Part shown: positions 9,883-21,329 of the stretch, piece after piece
How positions within the stretch are numbered: position 1 is the stretch's first letter
Layout: each line of letters begins with the position of its first letter
Source: Trichomonas gallinae
Lineage: Eukaryota
Assembly (NCBI GenBank): GCA_008369845.1
Contig: MRSU01010675.1
Location: 1 to 33,237 of the forward strand
Direction: 5' to 3'
DNA: 33,237 nt
Notes under the pieces: generated by a model
What the model saw: only the letters and a program-made list of their open reading frames with translations
Told to the model about the DNA's origin: nothing
The model's database searches: none
Position numbers and translations under genes: made by a program

Positions 9883-10578
9883 ATGAATATTGAATTGATA
9901 AAATCGAGAATGAAGTTACATTAAGTCAAATTAAATCATTTCTCAATGGTTATGAATACAATTAATGACATGGACAGACTCACAAACCAATGACCATAAA
10001 GTGAAGCAAGAATCAAAGCAGTCAGGATGTTGTTTACAACGAACTCAATGATTTAATCAAGAGAAAAGAATGTTCACTTGACAGGATGATCAGTAATTTC
10101 AAAATAAAGACAGCAACAAGTATCCCGTTGGAATGCAAATAGAAACTCGCTTTGACTTAGTATGTTTTTCCTCAATGAATGCGGTCTTAAGATCGATGAC
10201 GGCTTTGATCAAGAATTTTATTATTTTGCACGCAATTATGGTGTCTTAACATCATATTCATACAAAATGCAAACTAAACAAGTGAATCAAAACATCGAAG
10301 AATTGAAGAAAATTCCTAAAACGGAAGAGAATTCTGATAAAATATACAAAATTTGCCAAAGAATTGCAACAGAAAAAGACAGAGTATAGCTTTGATTTGG
10401 GATTCATTAAATGGTCTTCATGAAGTTGTCAAACAGATTTGATGATTGCTTCAAGAGGAGGTTATCCTGAAGTTGTCAAACTCCTTCTTTCAGTTCCAGA
10501 AATAGAGTTCAACGCGAATGACAAATACAATGATACATTGAAATCGTAAAAATGCTGAAAGCTGATGGTACAATTTGA
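9883..10578 (+). pseudogene. Decayed ankyrin-repeat gene, same architecture as the 29119 gene
   Basis: Fragments in several frames: NEVTLSQIKSFL, ECGLKIDDGFDQ, IEELKKIPKTEENSDKIYKIC, ALIWDSLNGLHEVVK, LMIASRGGYPEVVKLLLSVPEIEFNA, IEIVKMLKADGTI*. Multiple stops and frameshifts; Inr TCATA at 9871. Confidence 0.8.
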
Positions 10579-10743
10579 ATTTTGTCCGAAATCCTTTTTA
10601 ATATATATATCTTATAGCGTGTATATGAACATTACTTTTTCTAATATTGGATAAAAATTATAAAAATTTAATATTATTCACGCAGAACTTTATTTATAAC
10701 GAATATCTGTTTAATACATTAAAATTATATCGATGAAAGAAAG

Positions 10744-11364
10744 TTAGCATCTAAATCTAGATTTCCTTTTTTCTTCTTTAACAGAAAGTACTGAAGCTTG
10801 CATTGGCTCTGAGCAGTCAATCTCTCCTTGAACAACTTTCGTGAATACTTTCTGTGTCATATGATAAAACAAGTCGTGAACATTTGTATTTTTCTTCGCA
10901 GATGTTTCCATGTATTCTAATTTAAGTTTTTCGGCAAATGACTTGATTTGAAAATCTGTTACCCGCTTTTCATCGATTAGATCGCTTTTTGTTCCAACTA
11001 ATACAATTTCCGCATGTGGATTGCACAAATTTTTGACATCTGTGTACCAATCCTGTATCTTTTCGAATGAGTCGTAGTCTGTTAATGAAAAACAAAGAAT
11101 AACACCTACCGCGTTTCTATAATATGCTTTACCGAGAGCTTTATATTGTTCTTGGCCTGCTGTATCCCATATTTGAAGTTTAATCGGTGTCTGATCTATT
11201 TTGATGATAGAAGTCATGAATTCTACAGATATTGTTGAGTTTATCGTCTCATCGAAGTCATCTCGACAAAATCGATGAACGAGAGAAGTCTTGCCAACAC
11301 AAGAATTCCCTACGAGAAGAAATTTGAATGTAAATTTCGGTGTCACTTCTTCTTCTCTAATCAT
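10744..11364 (-). CDS. Rab-family small GTPase
   Basis: GNSCVGKT, TISVEF, IKLQIWDTAGQE, YYRNA, GTKSD, ETSAK and a C-terminal Cys. Confidence 0.95.
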   Translation of the reverse strand: MIREEEVTPKFTFKFLLVGNSCVGKTSLVHRFCRDDFDETINSTISVEFMTSIIKIDQTPIKLQIWDTAGQEQYKALGKAYYRNAVGVILCFSLTDYDSFEKIQDWYTDVKNLCNPHAEIVLVGTKSDLIDEKRVTDFQIKSFAEKLKLEYMETSAKKNTNVHDLFYHMTQKVFTKVVQGEIDCSEPMQASVLSVKEEKRKSRFRC

Positions 11365-11389
11365 TATATTTTGTAAAGTTTTTTGTTAG

Positions 11390-11400
11390 AAAAGTGACAT
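11390..11400 (-). promoter_or_regulatory. Inr-containing element ATGTCACTTTT upstream of the Rab gene
   Basis: TCACT Inr about 30 nt upstream of the ATG; it is also the reverse complement of AAAGTGAC. Confidence 0.6.
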
Positions 11401-13413
11401 ATCTTTTTAAATTTTTCCGATTTCGCGTTTTTGATTGCTATTTTGATCTATATCATTTTAAATATAGATTATTTATGTTCTTTTGGAGTAAAATTTGTAA
11501 TTAGCTTAGGTGGGATTCTTATTTTCAAACATTTCTTTTAGAAAGAATTTCATTTTTTTGTTTTATCATTTTTATACTATTGATTTTAGCATTGTAAACT
11601 TCATAAAAAGTCGATAAGGTTTATCATTTTTTTGGAGAGATCTAAAGATATTCATACAAAAAGTATTGTATAGTTGTTATCAACACAGGTATTCTATACA
11701 TATATTCGCTATAAAATATTTGTTAATTTTAATGATTGAAATCGAGGTTGCAAAGAGAGCATTATGAGGATCATATTTATATTTATTTCTACTACTTTTA
11801 TCAATTATTTGTGTTCAAATAACAATACAATAGAGAACCATTGCAAATACAATGAAATACAGGAAATTTGAAAGAAGAGTATTAAATCATTCATATGATT
11901 GGCAACTTTTAATTAATTACAATATCAAACAGTCATTACATTAATATTGAAAGTATTTTAATTGAGATTCTCATATGATTAGATTATTCTACATTATACA
12001 AGTGATCATTAACATATACTATTCTTTATCTATATATTTATATGTCAGCAATCATCAGATACTTATAAATTTAAAACAAATATAAAATATGTATTATTAA
12101 ACTTAGTAATCATATAAAATTGTATTATTCAATGTAACCAATGTTCTACCAAATTATGGATAATATTTGTCAATATATCATTTGAAAAGATACAAAATAA
12201 ATTGTCTATGCATGTTAGCTCATGTTTGATAGAATATCTAACATTAGTCTAGTCAATTTTATAGTTGTAGCAGTCATTTTTACAGCAAATCTTTTTTTCA
12301 ATTAGAAATTAATGCTATTTTAGCCAGGCGATATTAAAAACACAGGATTTATAGTGTTCTTATCTGAAATATATTTACAAAGTTATTGAGTTATAGTGAG
12401 TCGATGCCCAAATTAACAGTACTCAATCATTGAATTGGAATACATGGACAATTCCATCTACATGATGCACATGTCAATATTTAAAGCGTGAAATTAATAG
12501 AATGATAGTTCATCAGAGAAAAAATTGAGAAAAGCAAAACTTCTATACTCAACATGTTGCTTTACATCAATAAAAATATTTCTCAACGATCAGTATATAT
12601 TTTGCTTAGGGGGAAAAAATCAAAAAATCACAATACATGTTGATTTTCAAAATATATAATTAATAGACACAGATACATAATTTTTCGCAGTCAGCAGTAG
12701 ATAATGTTTGAAAAATCAAAACCAAATTGTTTCAATTTTTTGAATTATCTATGTGAATATAAAATCTAGCGATTTTATACAAAAACATCAACGAAATCAT
12801 CATGATTTATTCCTCAAAAACAATGAAAAAAGAATAAAATTAAGATTGTTCTATTACATATAATAAGCAAAACCATTAATAAAAGGATTTTCAAAAGTTA
12901 AACCGTTTCTATTCAAAAACACATTGAAATTTTTGAGAGAACCGCATAAAATTTTTGAAAAGAAAATCAAACCGCTCAAATTGTGCTCTACTCGTATTCA
13001 TCATACTGAATGATTCCGCAAAAAACGTGCTTTTTGCTTCTCTTTACAAATTTTTAAATCCGTTATTCAACAAAACCAATCTATAGCCCAATAATCGCAT
13101 TTTAAGAGATTAAAATTGTACCGTAGTCTTAATTCTGAAAAATTTTGTTTATACGCGATTGTTTTTCATATAATGTACTGCGTTTTTTTCTTTTATATAT
13201 AACTTTTGTGAACTTCTTATTTTATCTTATGTTTTTTTCATTCTAAAACTATTTTTCACATATAACAATGTTATTTTCATTACTTTTTTAAGTTTTGTGA
13301 AGTTATTTTTAAAAATCGAAAATTTTCGGTATTTTGGCATTTATATGATATGAGAAGCTTATATTTTAAGTTTTAGCAAGTTTTGAGAAAATAAAAGAAA
13401 ACAAAAATCGATA

Positions 13414-14316
13414 ATGAAAACAATCGGTCCTTACGAGCCCCGCCGTTTCCTCGGAGCCGGGTCGTTCGGCGGTGTCTGGGAGTGCCAGAACATGACTACT
13501 GGCGAATCCGTTGCTTGTAAACTGATTGATTTGAACACAGCTTTATCTGATAAGGTATATCCGCATTTCAGGAACGAAATTTTAATTCATAGCAGAATAA
13601 ATCACCCTTCAGTGACGCAGCTTAAGGATGTTATTTTGGACAAAGATAATATCTACATCTTCTTGGAGTTATGCGATGGTGGAGACATGAATGACATCGT
13701 ACAAGAAGTTGGCGGCCTCACTGAGGAAGAAGCTAAGCACTACTTCCATCAAATCATGGAAGCGCTTTCATATATCCATAAACTTGGCGTTGCGCATAGA
13801 GATGTTAAATTAGAAAACATCCTCGTCACCGCTGATGATGACGCGAAGTTAACAGATTTTGGACTTTGCAAGCAACAGCATGGCAATGATCCAATGCTGA
13901 CAACTTGCGGCACGTTGGTATATGCGGCGCCAGAAATTATTAAAGAGGAACCATACAATGGCATGAAGGCTGATATATGGTCTGCCGGAGTAGTTCTCTA
14001 CGCAATGGTAGCTGCCCACTTCCCATGGATCGTTCCAGATGATTTACCACCTGAGAACCTCATGAAAGAGACAGCGAGACAAATCGTGGATGGTGATATT
14101 GCTCTACCAGATGGAATCTCCTACGAACTTCAGAATCTGATGGCGAACTTGTTAAATGTTGATCCAAATGAAAGGCCAACAGCAGAAGAGGTATTAGAGC
14201 ATCCATGGCTTCAAGATGTTGCAGAAAATGAGGCCGTAGATCCTAAGCCAAATACATTTATTGTTAACTTAGTCGATTCATTCTTAAGCGATCTTGACCG
14301 TAGGAGATCGAATTAA
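13414..14316 (+). CDS. CAMK-group Ser/Thr protein kinase
   Basis: GAGSFG, VACK, HRDVKLEN, DFG, TTCGT, APE and DIWSAGV are all intact. Confidence 0.95.
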   Translation: MKTIGPYEPRRFLGAGSFGGVWECQNMTTGESVACKLIDLNTALSDKVYPHFRNEILIHSRINHPSVTQLKDVILDKDNIYIFLELCDGGDMNDIVQEVGGLTEEEAKHYFHQIMEALSYIHKLGVAHRDVKLENILVTADDDAKLTDFGLCKQQHGNDPMLTTCGTLVYAAPEIIKEEPYNGMKADIWSAGVVLYAMVAAHFPWIVPDDLPPENLMKETARQIVDGDIALPDGISYELQNLMANLLNVDPNERPTAEEVLEHPWLQDVAENEAVDPKPNTFIVNLVDSFLSDLDRRRSN

Positions 14317-14599
14317 TGACTAGAATAATTGTTTTTTATTCAACTACAGTTATAAATTATTTTATTTTAACAGGATTTGTTTTCCTATTCCACAACCGGA
14401 TAATTAATCAACTTAGCAGTACAAAAATTCTATTGAGATTCAACCACTAACTTCCTATAATCTCAGAATCAACAATAACTTTAAGTTTTGACAATAGCTC
14501 ACATTTATAATATTTTTAGGTCAAAAAATAGACTCAACAAATGTAATTTCAATCATTTTTATGTCCTTCACATTCGATTTCCAATTATCATTTTCTATT

Positions 14600-14990
14600 T
14601 CACAAACATGATATTTTCTCAATTATATTTTTTTAGTAAATACTGAGTTTTTCTTTATTATATAGCTTCTTATAGCTGTTATCTTTTATATTCTAAATAT
14701 ACCATTGTATTAAGCTTCTCAATATCATCAGATATATTCATTCCAGCTTGATATGATACTAGACAATGGATATTATTCAACACACAACCATTTGTTATAT
14801 TATGATGTGCTTAATGCTACCTATTATACTATCCCAGCCCCTACATAAATTTACAAATTTGCCAACGTTTTAGCAATTAAAGAATGAGTTAAAACTTCTG
14901 GCTAAATTACTGATAATGATATGTTCTCCAGCATTTCCAACGGCGTTGATAGAACATTTGATACTATTGTAGCGACGAAGAATGAAATTG
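14600..14990 (-). pseudogene. Possible heavily decayed gene relic (Sel1-like repeat?)
   Basis: Minus-strand fragments LIAKTLANL*IYVGAGIV and AHHNITNGCVLNNIHCLVSYQAG look protein-like; many stops. Confidence 0.25.
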
Positions 14991-16328
14991 AACTACAATG
15001 CTTGTAATTTTCTTGTCAATGTATATACTACTATATACTATATATAAATGCGCAATCTTCACAATTATAGCTGATTAAATAGTGATCATTGATTATTTTT
15101 TATTTATCCGAATAATATAACCTTCAGAATAACCTTACACGAACAGATATATCGTATATCAGTTGAACAGAATCAATGTTTCATGATTTTACTATTGTTC
15201 TATCGAAAGGTTAGGAAAACAATGAGATTTTGAAAAAAGAGTTATGCCATTGTTGATTCTATGAAATCTTGTAATAGAACAATGCAGTAATGCTAGACAT
15301 ATTATTGAATATTTTCGAAAAAAAAATAAATAAAAATAGGAATAAAGCAACAAAAAGATAAATAGACGATCTTTGCTTATGACAGATGATTGACTGAATT
15401 AGTCTATTTCAAAGAATTATAAAAATTTCAAAATATGAAAATAAAATGAGAAATCATGATTATGTTGAGCATATAATCGAATTATAGAAGATAAAAAGAT
15501 GCTTGTCATTGAAAATTAAAAATCGCGATCAAATCAGATAAATTGTGCGGCCGTCTCGATATAGTGTAGATTGACGCAATCAAAGTCCAATTGTAAAACA
15601 CGAACAAGACATGCTTTGATCTGTTGGACAATTTTTAAAACATTTTAGCTGATTTCTCAAAAATAGTCAACAGAGGAACGTAAATCATTCAAATTCTGTG
15701 TTTGTTAATTTCAGGAAATTTTTCGATAAATATATCCACTATACTATTACAATATGATATTTCACATTTCCAGCTAAAAATCCGAATAAAAATCAAAATC
15801 ACATCATTCAATAGCTCAATAAATGAATTCTAAATTCACTTCGGAATTCCGAATTTAAAATTGTTCAATTGAAATTAAGAGTTCAATGAAAATCCCTTAA
15901 ACCGTACACAATATTTTATATATCCTTTCATATTTTATCAAAAATTTTGTTCCGAAAAAATTTTGAGTTTATTATTGTTTGATATCATATAATGCAAAAT
16001 GAGTAATTATTTTTGATAAGAAAATTGAATTAAAATTTCCTAATTATTTTTCGAAAATTTTGTTTAGAATATGATAAATATTCCAATTATTTAATTGTTA
16101 AAACGTTCATCAAAAAATAATACCTTAAATATGATAGATAATCCAATACAGCTAAAAATAATATTAATGATTTTTCAAATATTATCACAAAATTTTATAG
16201 ATAATCACAAAAATTTCAGAACGACACGCCTATCAAAATATTTAAAAATGAATGAGCGTATCATATCATTTCCGAAACAATTATCAACCAAAATTTTTTC
16301 AATTTAGCTACGATCAAAATTCTAATAA

Positions 16329-17768
16329 ATGCAAGGGGAGGGGCGTTATTACGCTCTGAAGTGTTTAAAGAGCATTGGTGATGACGAGCTGATGAAGAGG
16401 TTCGCCACTGTCGCTCCCCTGACCTTTTGCAAGTCATTCGTATCGCAGACTTCCTTTCAGCTAATTTTTATAGGCTTTCATACGGCAGTTCCCTTTAACA
16501 TTGTAAATAACACAGCTTTGATGCATATACACACGCAAATCGATGTTAAGATTATCGAGGAAAAAAATCAAATTAAGCCAGCAAACGAAATTTATTTATT
16601 CAATTTACCAGAAGCAATCAATCATTCGCACTCAGTCCAAGCCTTGATTAACATATTCGACGAAAGTGCTACCATCAAACATCCGCCAGGTCTCTTCGTT
16701 GTTTCCCCATCGAATGAAGAAAACTCGATTTTACTGCAAACATTTTTACCCGATATCGATTTTGGAAACGAATCTCACCTAAATATGGTCGTCGACGATG
16801 CTTACCAGGTGCCATACTTGCTGATACAGAACCTACCGGTCGGAACAACTAAAGATAAATTAATACAATTCTTTTACACAAACGATTTTCAGGTTAATTT
16901 CCTTGAAATTATCCCGAATGCCAAGCTCAATAACATGACAGCAGAAGTGATTTTCCCATCTAACCAAATTGCGGATCAATTTACAGAAAAAATGAATTAC
17001 ACACAATATGAGACAAATACGATCTTTATCAGGCATTACTTATCTCCTAAGCAGCTTGAAGAAATGAAAAAATGGAGAATTAAGGCTTTAGGAATAAAAA
17101 GAAATATGAGTTTAAGAGAAGTCAACGAAATATTCTCAAAATACGGAGAAATCTTCTCCATTACCATCAGAGATGCTACCGGTGTCATAGAATACAGAGA
17201 TTTTCAATCCGCTGAGAAAGCGATTTTAGGCCCTCCAAAAGGATTCACTCTATCCTATCTGGTTATGGAAAATGCGAAAATGATATGCCTAAACATGCCA
17301 ATAAATACAACAGAAGCAGATATTACAAAGATATTTCCAAATGCTTTTGGAATTAAAATCATTTCCTCGAAATATGAGGGCGTAAGACCGATTATACACA
17401 TCCTATTCAAGAGTAAGGATGAAATGAAAAGCGCCATTGAGACAGGAAATAAAATATCCGCCGACGGAATGAGACTTATCTGCCTCAGGTTCAATGAATT
17501 CCACTCAAAAATAGGAGAAATTCAGGCCTCCATGACAAAAAACAACTCTGTTTTCGTTATTAACCTTCCTCAAGGTTTTCTTGTTGAAAATATTGTTCAG
17601 ATTCTGAAACAATATGGTGATATATTGTATATAAAGTACTCATCAGCCAATGCTACAAAGCATGGCTTTGCAGGCGTTCTCTTTGCTGAGATATCCTCTG
17701 TACCCAAGGTTTTGGCGTCATCCAATGAGGCCGGGGGTCTATCCATCAAACAATTTTGTCCGAAATAA
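16329..17768 (+). CDS. Multi-RRM RNA-binding protein (divergent)
   Basis: Repeated RNP2-like segments (IYLFNLP, LLIQNLP, MICLNMP, VFVINLP) and FSKYGEI/LKQYGDI with RNP1-like segments (GVIEY, GFAGVLF). Confidence 0.8.
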   Translation: MQGEGRYYALKCLKSIGDDELMKRFATVAPLTFCKSFVSQTSFQLIFIGFHTAVPFNIVNNTALMHIHTQIDVKIIEEKNQIKPANEIYLFNLPEAINHSHSVQALINIFDESATIKHPPGLFVVSPSNEENSILLQTFLPDIDFGNESHLNMVVDDAYQVPYLLIQNLPVGTTKDKLIQFFYTNDFQVNFLEIIPNAKLNNMTAEVIFPSNQIADQFTEKMNYTQYETNTIFIRHYLSPKQLEEMKKWRIKALGIKRNMSLREVNEIFSKYGEIFSITIRDATGVIEYRDFQSAEKAILGPPKGFTLSYLVMENAKMICLNMPINTTEADITKIFPNAFGIKIISSKYEGVRPIIHILFKSKDEMKSAIETGNKISADGMRLICLRFNEFHSKIGEIQASMTKNNSVFVINLPQGFLVENIVQILKQYGDILYIKYSSANATKHGFAGVLFAEISSVPKVLASSNEAGGLSIKQFCPK

Positions 17769-18242
17769 ATACTACTCTTTCAAATGAAATTTGAAATTAA
17801 ATAAATTGAAGAATAGCCGTAATGGTTCATATATTATAATCACACAGATACATGCTATAGTTCTAGCACAACAAAATTTGTTATATGCATAATTATTTGC
17901 AAAATTAATATCGAGACACGAATTATATTAATAATCATCGGTTTTTATTGATACTTATTGCTTATCTTATCATAATGGTTTGAATTGACATGGTAAATTC
18001 TTTTATTTTTATAATTTGCAGAAAAAAATATGCTAATATACTCAGAAAGGATTTCAATAAGAGAAAATATCAAGTATATAAGAGGTTTTCTTCATAGTAA
18101 GTGTATCGATGAACGTATCATTAAAAATAAGTGCGTGGAGTCAATGATTGATTTAATGAATAATAATTTTACACGTCAAATTTGTTTTTACATGACATTT
18201 TTTAAAATTTACATGTCATTATTGGTTGTCAAATAATAAATA

Positions 18243-18656
18243 ATGACTTCTTTTGAAGAATGGATAAAACGTCTTGATGACGAAATAGAAATGAAAGATT
18301 TCTTTCCGTTTAAGAGGGTGCAGCCCATGGAACAAAAAGTTTTTTACTCTACTGACATGTTTGATAATATTCTTCCGCATCCAAACGATATTAAGCCGGA
18401 TATTACTGAGGATTTCCTCACAGAATACTCTATTAAAAATTTTGGAGCTTTCGAGAAGGATGGACAATATTTTATTCCCAAAAATCAAGTTACACAGTTA
18501 ATAGCATATTTACAAGATGAGCGATACAATCAAATAATTGGTGAATACGAGAAATGGATAAGAGCAAAGAAAGAATTTCATTTTAATATGCAAAGTCCTC
18601 CTGTCGCAGGACCAAGAATGAATACGAAACGCCCAGATGATTTATATGGAAACTGA
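18243..18656 (+). CDS. Hypothetical protein (137 aa)
   Basis: Protein-like composition; Inr TCATT at 18216; raised GC relative to the flanks. Confidence 0.75.
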   Translation: MTSFEEWIKRLDDEIEMKDFFPFKRVQPMEQKVFYSTDMFDNILPHPNDIKPDITEDFLTEYSIKNFGAFEKDGQYFIPKNQVTQLIAYLQDERYNQIIGEYEKWIRAKKEFHFNMQSPPVAGPRMNTKRPDDLYGN

Positions 18657-19859
18657 AAGTATTTCACACCTCAAACTTGTATTACTTTTACGAAAAATTA
18701 TTCTTTGACCAAAATTGATTGAAGCAAGTCAAAATTATCATTAACATTAGTTTATATTTTACTGTATACATCATATTTTCACATACATAATTGCTTTGAA
18801 TCATTAATTGCAAGATGCAAATCTGTAAATATAAATGTATATCAGTAACACATAAACATTTAGTAATATAATCAGCTAAAACAACAGTTGCTTCGTTCTG
18901 ATTAAGCAAAAATTAAATTTATTCAAAGAGATATTTTATATCCGCAGAATTTACCAATTAATCAGATTTAGCTTACCTTCTGTAAATAATGTCAATTCAA
19001 ATAGTAAATTCTTATCTCGCTTTACTGGAGAAAAATATGAAAAAATAAATGCATGTTTATTTTAATTTGTACTCAATATCTAGCATGAATTTTGTGCATA
19101 TATAACGAATAGTTCATTTAAAATCCATTAATAATAATATTTATATGCCGAATCATGAAATATATATCAATGTAAACAATTGAAGAATATCACATTGAAT
19201 CATGAAATAAGTATCTTCTTTATATGTATCTTATGAATACTTATTGGTAAAATCTCATTTTTAATTATACGAGTCACAAATTTATACATTTTTATTGCAT
19301 TAAAGTGTTTTGGATCATAATTAATGATGACACTCAAGTGTATGCACGTATTCAAATGAGATATAGGTGGTTGCTTTACGCAATAGCATTTTGAAACTTT
19401 GATGTCCAATTTTTAATGGAATCTGATCATTTTATACATTTAAACAATTAAATATTGCTATGAATATTAGGTATATAACGTTAAGATATCTTAATTGTAA
19501 GCCAGTCTTATTCAAAATCAGAGGCACAGGCGAATTATTTAAAATATTTCATATATCATATTCTATATGCTTTATATAGGTTGTTTCATAAATAATTCGG
19601 ACTTAAATCGGAAAACGTTTTGGGAATCTGTTAATAATTGCTTGATTGGCGTAAAAACTTGATGATTGTAGTGATAATGACATGCATAAGCTGAGAACAA
19701 CGGAATAAATAAATTTAGGCCTTTGCTCTCAAAAAATTCACTGTTAATTGAATTTGATAAAATTTTGTCGTTAAACACGAAAAAATCGATTATATTGGTA
19801 GAATTATTCAATGGCCTGAGAGCTGCAGTTTCTCACCCAGTTCCGAATTTTAGCCTCAA

Positions 19860-19880
19860 TTTTTTTTTTTTTTTTTTTTT
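19860..19880. repeat. Poly(T) tract (21 nt)
   Basis: Seen directly, immediately after a GC-rich hairpin-forming stretch. Confidence 0.9.
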
Positions 19881-20849
19881 GCAATTTTTATGATGAAAAC
19901 TATTTCCAAATATAGGATTTGTCATATGGTTAATAAATATTTTGTAAACTTTATAATAAATATTTGTATATGAGTAATTCTTAAGGCTTAGAATCCGATC
20001 AAATTGTTCCGTTGTTGTTCTTTTGTATCATGAAGTAATTTAACTCCTCTTCAACGTTTATGAAAATTGAAAACTTCTCGAATTATTGAATAATTTTCAG
20101 AATTTTTTCTTGAGACAACGAAGTTGACATTTGATAATTTATAATTAGAGACCTATTTAAGAAAGAAATCAAACTCATATTAATTCAATTGCTTCAATCA
20201 TTTAAAATTTTGAAAAGCAAGAAAAACCCGATCGAGAAATGTACAAATACCTGAAAATGAAGGTTACACATAACAAAAACAATTTAATCATGCAATATAA
20301 CATGGAGTAATAGCAATCATATTCATCAAAAACAGAAATTCAAAATATCAATTTCGAAATTTCATATTATTTGCGAAGAATACCAAAATCAATATATTAT
20401 AGCACATTATTACACAAAGGAAACCGTATTAAGCAGAGACTTTAAGTTAATTAAAAATATTTTCAAATTTAAATAAATCGATACTCGTAAATATACTTTA
20501 TTATTCAAAGCATATGCTCATAACATATTATAAATTCACAATCAGTTGACAGTAAAAGCAATCAAATTTTAAAATTCGTTTTCAAATTATTCAAAATGTA
20601 TTATTTATGAACATTTATATATGATAACTTAAATGTACAACATCTTATGAATACATTCCTTGTCTATGATATATAATATTATTCCTTTCTCCAAATTTTT
20701 GATTTTTCGAACGCAAGTATAGAATTAGGACGCAAATAATAAATAACTAGTTTACTATTTATATGTAGATGCGGTTTGCATTGCTTACAGTCTCATATAT
20801 GGAGTAAATATTAAAAACAATAATTCAAAACTTTAGACATGCAGAAATT

Positions 20850-21329
20850 TCAATGTCTATTCAGTAAAGTATATATATTTGATGGATCGATATCATCCAA
20901 TTGTTTGATACCTACTCTTTCTTCTGGATTACAATAATAATTTTCTGGAGACGAAACTTGTTCCTTTTCTCGTCTCAATCTTTTTCTATTTCTCTTCTTC
21001 ATCGATACTATTTTCGGAGCGATTAATTCCCAGTTTTCTGCATACCAGCACAGTAATGCGCTGCGATTTCTTCTTGCCAGCCTATCCAAGTGCAAATCAA
21101 GTTTTCTCTCAAGTATATCTGCAATTATGAGCAAATAAGAAAACGTTACATGTCTACCAAATTCCCTATCTATGAAAGCCGAAACGTAATCAATTTTGAT
21201 TCCAAGCTTTTTCATTCTTGATTCAACAGATGACCTGTCCTTAACATTTTTTGCGTTATCCTTGAGTTTCCTGATCTTCCTAGTAAGCAAAATATCTTTC
21301 TCGAACTGCAGCATCTCGCTATTTAACAT
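20850..21329 (-). CDS. Basic hypothetical protein with LDRLARRNRSALLCWYAENW motif
   Basis: 159-aa ORF with a compact helical motif and a basic NLS-like stretch KKRNRKRLRR. Confidence 0.8.
   Translation of the reverse strand: MLNSEMLQFEKDILLTRKIRKLKDNAKNVKDRSSVESRMKKLGIKIDYVSAFIDREFGRHVTFSYLLIIADILERKLDLHLDRLARRNRSALLCWYAENWELIAPKIVSMKKRNRKRLRREKEQVSSPENYYCNPEERVGIKQLDDIDPSNIYTLLNRH

Noticed and set aside
15545..15630. GC-richer island GTGCGGCCGTCTCG... as an ncRNA
   Set aside because: No recognisable boxes or stable fold could be supported.
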